Shown one piece after another: positions 13,620-25,769 of a stretch of DNA of 64,000 bases (position 1 is the first letter of the stretch; each line of letters opens with the position of its first letter). The DNA is from Camelus ferus. Its lineage: Eukaryota. A program made the translations under genes and the position numbers. The stretch spans positions 7,256,001 to 7,320,000 of the forward strand of contig NC_045698.1 in the NCBI RefSeq assembly GCF_009834535.1. Direction: 5' to 3'. The notes beneath the pieces were generated by a model that searched no databases, had not been told where the DNA came from, and worked only from the letters and a program-made list of their open reading frames with translations.

Positions 13620-14030
13620 ACCTTGACACTGCGCACTGAGATTGCGTCCACGTAAACAAGGCATTCCCTTAGACTCAATGGAGATTCGATTTACGTTGTT
13701 TGTTATTTCGTTGCTAAGCAACACAGCCTAAACTGCATAACCGACCGACGCCAGCCTTTAACAGCCAACCTAGGGGATGTGCTAAGCCAAGAGTGATGGG
13801 CTCGGACAATCCCAACTCACAGCCCCTTTGTGCGGCGGTGGGAGGTGAGAGTGGGAGGTGAGCAGCTCAGGCGCAGCGGAAGCCCCGGCCCCTCCGGCGT
13901 GGGCTGGCTGCGGTGAGCCGCTCTCCCGCCCGCCTGCATCTATCGCTATGGCAACTGCTTCCTCAGTACTGGGGCTAAAATGAGGCTCTGTAGGTGTCGC
14001 TTCGTGATTGGAGGTCTCACCTGCCATTGA
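13620..14030. promoter_or_regulatory. Small CpG-rich element with two RFX X-box motifs
   Basis: GTTGCTAAGCAAC at 13710-13722 and ATCGCTATGGCAAC at 13942-13955; CpGs locally retained; GC box CCCGCCC. Confidence 0.6.
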
Positions 14031-14187
14031 GTTGTGTGGCCTGAAGAGGAAATTGATGAGTCACTGCGGGGAAAGCCTGACGCTTGTTAGAGAGGGTCAC
14101 TCGTGCAGAAATGGGACAGATTTGAGGCTGGAAGGCAGGCCTCAGAGAGAGTGGTGAAGGTTATCTGAAGGGCAGGGGTGGTATGGG

Positions 14188-14660
14188 TATCAACAGAAAG
14201 ACCTAAGGACCAGCTAAAACTAAAAAGAGGTGGAAATAAACAAAGACCACCCAAATGAGAAAAACAAAGGCTGTTGCTTCAGAGCTCGCTGTACAAGGAG
14301 TCAGCCACCCTCCTGCGTTTGGCAGAGACTCAGAGACAGGGGGAGGAGTGGGGAAGCTTTATAACAGAAAGAGCTGCAGGTGTGCCCGGAAGCGAGGCTG
14401 TTGTCATGGGGAAGCTGGAGGCGGGCTAACTAGAAGGGGGCGGGGCACCCTGTGTGATTGGTTAGGGTTGCTTATTTGGCTTTCTCTGATTGGCCCTAAA
14501 TTGGAAACGGGGCCAAAAATTAGGGAAGCTGACAGTTACTGATTAAGTGCTGATGGGTCTGGGTGGACTGCTGCAGGGGTGGTGGTTTGGCTTTCTGGGC
14601 TGGATCAGAGTTCTATTGTCATAGATGGTCTGGATGTTGTCTGTATATTCTGTCTCTCAA
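14188..14660 (-). mobile_element. Probable ERV LTR with CCAAT and GC boxes
   Basis: Two GATTGG motifs (CCAAT on minus strand) and GGGGCGGGG; LTR-like layout; family not recognised. Confidence 0.45.
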
Positions 14661-16124
14661 TGGATACCCAGAAGTTAGTCAAGAGAGTAGTCCTCACGGT
14701 CCTATTAACAAGGGAGTGAGGCACTGTGCAGCGTAGGGGCACAGCTATGAGGAGCACCTCAGGAGAAGTTGGGCACTGAGCATCACAGGGAGGAAAGTAA
14801 GGGAAGTGGGTGAGGTTAAACACTATCTGACCTCAGAAAAGCAGGGAGCAGGGACACCTCTGATGGGGACTCACAGAGTCTCTTGTGAGTCCGGGACGTG
14901 TTCCCGGCATAGGCCCCAGAGCTAGACGCTGAGTGAGGACACTTGGGAGGTGTGGGACCCACCTAACTCACTGACCCTGAGTGTTTTTTCCAGCTCCTGC
15001 CTCATCAGAGCATTGAGAATTGAATGAGCTAATATGCATCAAGTTCATTGTACAGTGCCCGGCACTTGGCAAGTGCTTGGTCAATGTTAGATAATATTTT
15101 AGGGCTTCTGAATAATTGGTCAAAACTGAAATTAAGTATATTGTTAGGATCAGAGTCAAACTGTGTTAATGTAACTGTCAACAAAAGCATTAGAAACCTG
15201 GCCTCAGAGTGGGGTGGAGAAGGCTGGTGAGTGGCTTGAAGGGGCCAGAAGTAGGAACATCACCTGTGGGCACCAAGAGAGTACACGTGTGTTCCAGCCT
15301 AGACTGCATACCCTCCCCAGGGGCAGAGGAGGAAGATGGTCATAGGCCAGTGGGGAGACTGGCAAGACCCCTAGAACTGTGTTTGGAGTGAGAGAGGATC
15401 AGTTCTCTGAAAGAGAGGTAGATATTGTAGCCAGGAGAAGGGGAGATGGAGAACTTTACAAACAATAATAACATGTACGTTTATTCATATACTTAAAGTT
15501 TGTGGTTAAAAAAAACCCTTAAAAATGTAGAAATTCTAGTTAGACTCTAAGCAGTCAGAATGCTAATCATTCCATGAGTTCTCCAAGTGAGGTTGTAAAA
15601 AAGATTCTTTCTGAGGAAAACTGGAAAGTCCCTAATTCAAAGGTAACCTTGGAAGACAGGAAGCAGGTCTGAGGTATGCCTGACTTGCTTATCTTCGGGG
15701 TCTAACAGCATAGTGCACAAAATAAGCACTTAGTAAATGTTTGGTGATAATGAAGATGTACAGGAAGATAACAAAAGAAACTCAGCTTCAGAGCTTAGTG
15801 GTGTCCATAAATATAGGAGTGAGGAGTGCCAAGAGAATCCCTAAAGGTTCCTTTGGACTTCACTCATCTAAGATAAAATCTCTAGGAAGAACTTTGTGTA
15901 AGAGCAACCGCACAATTTCAGGTTCGAAGCCCAAATATCAGATGAAAATTTATATGTCAAGAGACTAATCAGTTAGAGAGGGACTCCCTTGGGGCCCTGG
16001 GGGCTGCCTCTGGACACTGCATGTAACCATGTGTGGCAGAGGCGGTTGACACTGGGGATTTTGGCTACATCCTCTGGAGCTAGCAAGTCAATACTGAAGT
16101 TTGGGCTAGCAGTGAGGCATGAGT

Positions 16125-16580
16125 ATTAGCTTCCTGTGGCTGCTGTAACAAATGACCACAAACTAGATGGCTTAAGACAACAGAAATTTATCTCTCACAC
16201 TTCTAGAGACCAGAAGTCTGAGATCAAAGTGTTGGCAGGGCAAGACTTCCTACAGAGGGTCTGAGGAGAATCCATTCCTTGCCTCTTTCAGTTTCTAGAG
16301 TTTGCCAGTGTTCCTTGACCTGTGGCTGCATCAATCCAATCTCTGCTTTCATCTTCTCGTGGCCACCTCTTCTGTGTGTCTCAAATCTCCCTCTGCCTCA
16401 CTCTTATAAGGACACCTATCACTGGATTTATGGTCCACCTGGATAATCCAAGATGATATCATGTCAAAATCCTTAATTTAATTATATCTACAAAAACTTT
16501 TTCTAAATAAGGTAACATTCACAGGTTCCAGGGATTAGGGTGTGGACAAATTTTGGGGGCCACCATTCAGTCGATGACAA
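16125..16580 (-). mobile_element. MaLR LTR (MLT1C-like)
   Basis: GCTGCTGTAACAAATGACCACAAACT..CTCTTATAAGGACAC..GGTAACATTCACAGGTTCC. Confidence 0.8.
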
Positions 16581-16637
16581 CATCTCCCAAGGCAGTAACA
16601 TTAAGAAGTTCATAGTTCATTCCTGAAAATGCTTGTT

Positions 16638-16759
16638 TGTTTGTTTGGGGGGTGGTAATTATGTTTATTTATTTATTAAGCGGAGGTATTGAGGATTGAA
16701 CCCTGGACCTCATGCCATGCTATGCCTACACTCTACCACTGAGCTATACCTTCCTCCCT
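16638..16759 (-). mobile_element. tRNA-derived SINE (Vic-1-like)
   Basis: Reverse-complement A and B boxes (CCACTGAGCTATACC, GGATTGAACC); TSD TGAAAATGCTTGTT at 16624-16637 and 16760-16773. Confidence 0.88.
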
Positions 16760-17002
16760 TGAAAATGCTTGTTGACTGCCATGGAGCTCCCAAGATGTTC
16801 TGGAGTTGAACCCATGAATTCACGTGGAACAACCCACATCCAACCACACTTGGAGATGGGATCTATTGCCAGCCTGTGGTAATCTGACATAGCCTGGGAT
16901 ATTTAAGAAATTCCTGGTCTAAAGGATCCTCTGGATGTGGAAATTTCCATGGTTAACTTAGATGCTTTTCTACTCTCAAGGGTAGACCTCTTGGTCCATG
17001 TA

Positions 17003-17038
17003 TCCTTGGGGTCCTTGGGGTCCTTGGGGTCCTTGGGG
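17003..17038. repeat. (TCCTTGGGG)x4 perfect 9-bp tandem repeat
   Basis: Seen directly; produces PKDPKDPKD and PRTPRTPR in the minus-strand ORFs. Confidence 0.95.
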
Positions 17039-18864
17039 CTTGTACGGCTCGGCAATTTGCAGAGTGCATGCTCAGGCACTCTAGCTGTGTGAGATGGCCT
17101 CTTAGAAAAGGGTTCAGTGGCCAAGGCCAGGCAGACAGCCCTGACAACCATACTCCCCTCTGAGGATCCTCAGTACAATTTAATAGCTTAAAGGCACCCA
17201 GAGATCCTATAGTAGAGAATACCAGTATTTCCCCACTGGCCTGCAATGCTTTACAATTCATAAGTCACACTTTGCTTTGGAAGGGAGACCTACTGAAAAG
17301 GAAATGTACACGCATGTGTTTGCACCGTGTCTTCTGCATTGGCAGAACGAGGAAATGTCAGATTATGCCTCCTTTCTGACCCCATTTGCCACCTCAGAGC
17401 TTGTGCCAGCTGCTGACTCTAAAGAGCTCTGGTCTGCTAGGCACCAGCTCACCTGCCGACTCGAGCGTGCTTGCCCAGGACTTGCTGACCTGCTTCACGT
17501 TGCAGCAGAGAGCACAGAACCCTCTGTTGTGCCGAGTCCTCTGAGGCCCTCCCAACATCCTGCTCTTTTATAACAGTTAAGGGGCATGTGGGTGAGCTCT
17601 TGTGTATGTGGCACCAAATAAAGCATCTCCTTCATCTGCTTCATTGAGTAATGAGGTCAGAAATGTGGCAACTCAATATGATTGTGTGTGGCTCAAGCTC
17701 AGCTTCTCTTCTTCTTCCCTTGTCTCTTCAGAAGGAACACTCAAGGCCCAGCTTACATCACACGGACAGACAGTCAGGACACCGTCACCCAGGAAGACCT
17801 GAGGGGGTCAACTATGATTTACCTGTCTGTCTCTTTCTTTCTTCCTTTTTTGGGGGCAAGAATTAGGAGAATGACACAAACAGAACAAGGTTTTATTTCA
17901 TTGGAAAAATTACAGGAGAAGTTTGTCATAAAAGGCTGAAAAGTTTTTGTAAAATACACTTGTCATTATGAGTATCAACAAGAATGTTTTTAACGATAAC
18001 AGGCACTTTCAAATTCAAGAATAATTTTAAAATTTGGCTGTCCTACTTAATGGAAAAGATACGAATGAGAGAATATGAAGGACCATGGCTTTCATGTGTT
18101 ACTCCACAGATTATTAATAAATGCTGAGAATCTGCAGCCGTCACTTTAACCGAGTGATCAAACTCAGCAACGATCATCGTGGTCCAACCTGGCATCCTGG
18201 CCTCCTGATGGGCTACCACATGAACAACACAACATCGATGAAATATTCTTGCTAAAAAAATGTTTAGCTCGAATCATATCAAGCCTCCAGGCTAACTTTC
18301 AGTTTAAGGAAATACAGGGGCTAAAGGAACAGTTAAATGTCAGCAGGAGGAATCAATCAGACAAATTTAGAATGAAAGATATTGTATAAAACAAACTGTC
18401 CTGTGATCTGCCGACAGGCATTGTCTTCGGAAAATGAGAGGCACAAAGACTGTTTTAGGTTAAGGGAGACTAGATAGGCTTGAAATCAGTGGCAATGCAT
18501 GAAGATCAGTCGGATGCTTGTTCAAACAAACTCAAAACAAAACTATAAAAGACCTTCTTGGGACAATTACAAAAACTTTAGATTCTAGATATTATGGTGT
18601 GGTAATGGTTTTAAAGGACATTATTCTAACTTTAGGAGATACATGCTAAAGTGCTTGGGGAAAATTGTTCAGACACATACTTCCAAAAGACACAGAAGGA
18701 AAAGAAAGAAAAACTATAGTTAAAATACATATGGGTAAATGTTAATAATCATTGAATCTAGGTTGAGGGCGTATAGATGTTCATTGTACTATTCCTTCAT
18801 CTTTCCTGAATATTTGAAAACATTCATAATAAAGTTTTCAGGGAAAAAAAGACTGTGGTCTTGA

Positions 18865-19138
18865 CATAGAAAACAAACTGTGGTTACCAAAGGGAAAGGG
18901 GGGAAGGGATAAATTAGGAGTCTGGGATTAACAGATACACACTACTATATATAAAACAGATAAACAAGAACCTACTGTACAGCACAGGGAACTCCTTTGA
19001 ATTTCTTGCAATAACCTATAATGGAAAAGAATCTGAAAAAAAATATGTATATGTATAACTGAATCACTTTGCTGTATACTTGAAACTAACACAAGGTTGG
19101 AAATCAACTATATTTCAATAAAAAAAATTTTTAAAAAA
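18865..19138 (+). mobile_element. Short L1 3'UTR insertion
   Basis: L1 3'UTR motifs (GGTTACCAAAGGG, GCACAGGGAAC, GAAACTAACAC), A tail; TSD ACTGTGGTCTTGA at 18852-18864 and 19139-19151. Confidence 0.85.
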
Positions 19139-19988
19139 ACTGTGGTCTTGAAGGCCTTCATCTTAGAAACAGTTTGGCTTAAATTTCAAGTAATTTTTCT
19201 ATGAATATTGTATCTGAATATATTAGGGATAAGAAACACTTGGAACTTTGGTTTGATGATTTGATTTGACTCAATGTACTTCTTTGTTGAGAATATCTGC
19301 CCATAGCATTGAAGTTAAAGTCATTACAAGGAGAAGTGCAGATATAACTGTTCAGACACATCAAACGTCGTGTATCACTGTTGCTCAATTGATATTTCAG
19401 CTGCCACCTGAATGTGTCTCTTCCTAAGATAGGCACTCGTACACAGGGTGCTATTTCAGCAGCAAAAAGTATCTCTGGGAAAAGTTTTTGTTTATTCAGC
19501 CAATACTTACTGACATACTGCTACCTGTCCAGGCCTGTGTTGGCCTAAGGGAAACTTCAGTAAATGAAAGGTGGCCACTGCTGCTGAAGACCCAAGGCCA
19601 CAGACGTCCAAATGCACCAGGACAGGTGTGGCCTCATTCATACTCAAGTGCAACATTCTCTAAAGATTTTGCTTCTGCACATCCTAAAAAATTAGGTACA
19701 CCTTCATTTCTTGATAAATAAAATATTTTATGGTATGTTTAAATAGCAGCAAAGATGTAATTCTGGCATAAAATGGATATTTTTAAATTGTTTCATCACT
19801 TAAAAAAAAAGATCCCAGTAAGTATAATTTCTTTGTAATCTCAGTCTGGTAATATCCATATCTGAAGTCTTTGTGGGCCGGTTTCTGTTATCTGTTTGTT
19901 AGTCCTTGTTTATATATGTATTTGATTATGCTTAATGTGCAGCTCATCATCCTTGTAAATTTATTTGTGGAAATTCTTTGAGGGCTAG

Positions 19989-20366
19989 TGTCATGGACTG
20001 AACTGACCCCCTAAAGTTCATTTGCTGAAGCCCTAGCCCTCAGTGTGACTGTATTTGGAGATGGAACCTTAAAAAATGTAATTAAGGTTAAATGAGGTCA
20101 TAAGGGTAGGGCCCTCATCCAATAGGACTGGTGTCCTAAGAGGAAAAGAAAGAGACACCAGGCATGCACAAACACAGACAAGGCCATGTGAGGACGCAGA
20201 GGGAAGGTGGCCATCCACAGGTCTAGAACAGAGGCCTCAGGAGCAACCAACCCTTACGACACCTTGATCTTGGACTTCTAGCCTCCATAACTGTGAGAAA
20301 TAAATGTCTGTTGTTTAAGCCATCCAGTCTGTGGTCTGCTTTTATGCCAGCCCTACCAGACTAAGG
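19989..20366 (+). mobile_element. MaLR LTR (MLT1A/B-like)
   Basis: TGTCATGGACTGAA..GTATTTGGAGAT..CTTGATCTTGGACTTCTAGCCTCC..GACTAAG. Confidence 0.82.
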
Positions 20367-22787
20367 TGGCTAGGGAGCAAGTGCATTCTTCTGGAGAGAA
20401 TTGGTGTTTGACTTTGCCGGGTACTTAGGGGTCCCAGCAGTTCAAGATCCTTTTCAACTAAGTTTACTCCTTGAGATTACTGGGTCACTGGAGTGTCACG
20501 AGTTTGAGGTGCAGTCCATGCCAGGGTTGGTTCATGGATACAATTTAACAAGGCTCAGCAGAAACAACTTTTCCTAGACGTTTTGGGATCAGATTTACTT
20601 TTGGTTCGCTATTTCCTCTAAGTTAGCAGCCTTGTGGGCCTTGGAGGAGGATCCTGATGGAAGGGCTCTTAGCAGATCTTTCACCTTGGGCAGGCTCTGG
20701 GCAGTGATACTTATTCTTCTTGCCACCGGAAACTGTCAAAACACAAGTTCAAAGTTTGCCTGTATCAGCAGAGCAAAAGTGACTGCCATGTTCCGCTTAC
20801 AACCTGTCCTTAGATTTGGCCTGGTAGTTGCTTTACTATTTTTGTCAACTCTTCAGTGGTTTAAAAAATACGTTTTTAATATTTTATCAAGTATTTTCAA
20901 CTGCTGTTTGAAAAAATGTAGTCTGCTATGTGCTTAAGGGAAGTGAACATCATTTTTCTCAATATTTTAAAAGAGAAGCTCTTTTACCCTGAGGTTTGTG
21001 TGTGGCCTTGAAGGCATCCATGAGTTCCTGGAAACTGTATGCAACATTTTGTGTTTATGCAATTTTTCTGGGGAAAAAAATTCGATAGATTTTATCAGAT
21101 TGTCAAAGGTATTTTTGACTCAGATTCCCCAAATTTGAGAACCACTGCTTTAGAGTTCCGTCAGCACTTAGCAATTTTAACTAAAAAAGAAATGATTTCA
21201 GAAGAATTTCAAACTCATGAAAAAGTTGCAAGTATAGTACAAAAAACCCTCCCATATTGTCTTCACCCAGATTCACCAGCTTTAAAAATCTCTCTCTCAG
21301 TCATTCACACACACACACACACATACACGTTTTTTTCTGAACCATTTGACTACGAGCTTCAGACCTGATCCTATATCACCCCTAAATACTCCTGTGTGTA
21401 TTTCACTAAATAAGGACATCCAAAGAAATCTCAGAAATCAACAGATTCAAGCCTACCATTCAAAGAACCTATCCAAATTTCAATTTTGCCAAAAATGTCT
21501 TTTTTAGTTCTTAGGTCCAGGATTCCTTCATACATTGCACTTAGTTATCAGGTCTCTTTGGCCTCTTCCAATCTGGAATGTTCCCTAGTCATTCTGTCTA
21601 TCATGCCCTTGAGAATTTGAAAGCACACAGACCTTATATTTTCTAGGCTGTCACTCAACGTGATTCCATTTGATATTTCTTCATGCCCAGACTCAGGCAT
21701 GTATTTCTGACAAACTTTGATTTTTCTTAGTATGTCAGTCTATCCCATCACCAGTAATGTTGACCTTGGTCATCTAGTAATGTTGATGTCTTCACTGTAA
21801 AGTTACTATTTTTCTTCCTGATTGTTGGACAATGCTCCAATGTTATGCTAAAATCTGGTTCCTCCTCGAAACTACACCCATTCTTAGCCTCCACTGACAA
21901 CTGCAGTCTCAACCACTATCAGGTTGGTAAGTGATTTTCTGTTCATATCATTCCTTTTACATTTATTGGTTGGCATTATACTGCAAAGGAAGAGCTTTTC
22001 TTTCTCCCTACTGATTTATGTCATGATGAGCTCATGGATTCCTCTTTTATTCAATAGGTTGTAATCTGTTACTTAAATACTTATTTTGATGCTCAAATTG
22101 TCCCCACATTGGCCAATGGGAGTCCCATGAGCCAGTTTCTTTATCCTTGTAACATGGCTCTATTGTTTTTTGAGCACTTTCTTAATTTCCAGCACAAGAT
22201 GTTCTAGGCTCATCTTGTAGTTTTCCCACTCCAGCTCTAAAATCTGACATTTCTTCAGAGAATCTTGGTTCCTCTTTTTTTCCCCCTCTTATAAGTATTT
22301 TTTTGAAAAATATTGAACTTTTTTTTAGAGCAGTTTAAGATTCAGGGCAAAAGTGAGAGGAAGGGACAAATATTTCCATATACCCCTGCACAGCCTCCCC
22401 CACTGTCAGCATCCCACCACGTTACCTTTGTTACAACTGATAGAATTGACACCTCATAATCACCCGAAGTCCATAGTTTGCATTACAGTTCATTTGGTGT
22501 TGTTCATTCTGTGGATTTGGACAAATGTATAATGACATATGTCTATCATTATGGTATCAAACAGTCTTGGTTCCTTTCAGTGGAGCATGGTATTAGAAAC
22601 CAAAATCTGTGTACTCAGTATGCTCAGAGCTACTGGGGTATCACTGCATGTAGCTCCTCTCAGGATCTTTCAGAGTGAAAAACAAGAAAAAAAATATATA
22701 TAACAAATATATATTTCCTAGTATATACATTTAATATCTGATATATATTATATATAGGTATATATATTATATATGTATATATATATA

Positions 22788-22990
22788 AAATTGACACTTG
22801 AACGACATGGGTTTGAACTGCATGGGCCCACTTATACTTGACATTTTTTCAATAAATAGGTACTACAGTACTACATGGTCCGAGGTTGGTTGAATATAAG
22901 GATGTCGAACTGTAGATAGGAGGGCTGATTATAAAGTTGTACTCGGATTTCCAGCTGCCCCTAACCCCTGCATTGTTCATGGGTCAACTG
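22788..22990. mobile_element. Tigger2-derived MITE
   Basis: Inverted termini TTGACACTTGAAC.. and ..GTTCATGGGTCAACTG|TA in a TA-rich target. Confidence 0.8.
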
Positions 22991-25769
22991 TATATATTTT
23001 TATTTGTGTTTATACTTTAAAAAATGAGTTCATAATGATACCTATATTTCCAATCAAACACCTCAGGGTTCTTTCTAGCCTCTCCCCTTTCCATGTTGGT
23101 ATTTTCTCCAACAGTGGGAAATCTGATCATCATTCTTCAACATAATCAATTGTCCAACCACACCAGTCTACTCTCTCTGCCACATGCATGCCTCTCCTTT
23201 CAGCCCCCATGTTCTTGCCCACATTACTGTTGCCTCACCACAGGAACACAAGAGAAATGGAATAGAAAAGTGGAAGGGAAGGGAAGATGAGAGGGAAGGG
23301 GGGATATGAAGGGAAGAGTTTAGTGTTAAGATAATGCCATAAACTGCCTTCAATAATTTGTTAACATTAATAATGTTACGCTTACAGTAAGGCACTTTGC
23401 CTAATTATCATATTTATACTTGGTCCACAGCAATTCTGTGCATCTGTTCCAAAGTCATGGGTTTCTGCATAAACAAAGCTCACAGTAAAAAGTTGAAGGT
23501 TTAATGGTAATGTTAACAGTGTGGCTGCTAATGGCAAACAGGTGAGGTTTAAAACTTGGAGGCCTGGAGTTGGACAGACTTGTGCTCTAATTTAGTTCCT
23601 CTTCTACAAATGGCCAAAAGCAAGTTACTTATCAGCTGTGAGTCTCAGATGCCTCATCTGTAAAATGGGTATAGTATATACTTCACAAGATTGCTATTAA
23701 TGTTCACTGGATGTCAAAGGGATTTGGGTTAATTATTGTTATTGTTAAACTTAGTGCTCAGAAAATTATAGTGTGTCCTCCTACACATCTCCTGTTGCTC
23801 ATATTATTGCTATATGGAAACTCAGAATTACTAAACTATTGTACCCTCATGGCACAATAAACACACACACACACAGACACTGGAACCACATGTGTGCTAT
23901 ACCTCTAAATATTTCTTTTGATCCAAATAACTTTTTCTCAGATTGAAATTCTGTAGGAATTCTAACATAGGTTTCCTTGGATAAAAGTGAGGCAAACGAA
24001 AATATTTCTTGACAATCTTGGTGTCCTTGTTTGAAATTAATGAGAATTCTAATCATAATGCATATCTATTGTTTTGTCCTCCTGGTTCCTGTGGAAGATG
24101 TTCTTTCTGCACTTCAACAGTGTAGTTTAATGGCAGTGTACATGTTCTTACAGATCCTGATTCTTCAGCATAGTCATTTGGTTTAGGAACAGGCACCTAG
24201 CTGGACCAATTAACCGTTCTTCCTTATAAATTGTTAACTTGAGGCCAGAGATCATCACCCTCAGTCTGCCTGATGACGAAGCTGAAGATATGACCTTGGG
24301 AGCTATTAGTGGCCTTGTCTCCAGCCATGTGGAAGAAGCTGGTCTGACAGCATGAAACTGATGGGCAGGGAAAAGCAGAGCTGAAGGTTGTGGGCAGACA
24401 GGGGACTCTGGTTCTAGCAATCCCTGAGGTCCGCTGGACCACCACCCTTGTCACAGTTTGTTCATGTGAACTGTGTATTCCTCCCTTTTGCCTACCACCT
24501 TAGTTGGGTTCCTGTCTTGGTAACCAAGAGAGGTCTGACTGACTTATGTATCTCAAAGGGCTTGTTGTGAGGACTAAGGCCTGACATATAGCAGGGACTC
24601 AATAAATGTTGGTTGATTACTCATATTTAACCTCCAAAGGCTGAAATGAAAAAAAGGTGCGGCAAATCTCAATTCTAGAAGTAACTTTCCTTTGAGCATC
24701 ACAAGGGAAGACACGTGAAGAGAAAAGGATGGAGTTCTCCACCCCCACCACATACACCACACCCCTCCAATCCTAGCCCAGTTCTACTGCCTGGAGGCTC
24801 ACATACCTGCCCTGAAATTCAACTAGCACTCCCTTCTGTGAATCTCAAAGTCTACCTCTCTCAGAATCCTTCTCCCTTTTGCTGTACGACACCTAAGACT
24901 GAGTCCGGTGGTCCTGAAAACTGTGCCCCTGGTCTGAGCTTAGTGAGAAGTGGTCTGCCACAGGCCTTACGGGGGATTTGAGTGGTGTCCTGCTGAGTGG
25001 AAGGGATGGGGTTCAGAGAGTGAGCCTCCTTCAGATTCAATTTCTTGGGAGATAATATAGTCTAAACATACTTGAGGAAAAGCGTAAATATGCTCAGTTC
25101 TCAAGGTCATCCCTAGACATCAGTGGGTTTCCGTTATTATGACAAGAATTTGAATTCTTTCCTGTCTTGGGTAACAGGAGTGACATTGCTCAAATGACTC
25201 ACATTAGTCTTCAAGGGCTGCTCTCTTTCTGGAGTATTCCATGTCAGTATTTTTGTCTCTTTCTAGATTGACGAGGCTTGGGGGAGTTGTTCTTCCCAAT
25301 TCCTTCACTCACACAGATGGAAAAAAGATCGCTAGCATTCTTGAATCTATTTCTGCAAGTCATCTGCATATTCTTTAAAATCTGTCATTGGGATTAGAGA
25401 CATCTTAAATTCTACTCAGGCAAGTCTAAAGTGGCGGCCTTCTGGCCTGTATTAAACAGTTCATTTAGAGAAAAAGCCAGGGATGATGGTGAGGAAAGGT
25501 GGTGTACTGATGGAGGCAGAGCTCTCATCAGGCCAAGGCAATTTAGCTTTGGCCAGGTAAGCGTCTGTAACTCAGTATATCAAGCCGTGTCAGTATCTGA
25601 ACCGATTTCCCGTAGAGGTGGATGTTTCAACCTCCAGCCTAAGCAGTTTACTGAAGTAGTCCTTCCAACCAACTGCGTACGTCTCCCTAGGTGTAATTTT
25701 GGTAAAGTTAAGGCTTGCCTTTTCAGTTTCAGTGATAAATTAGTCCTTTCTCAAAATGTGCATCACAAC

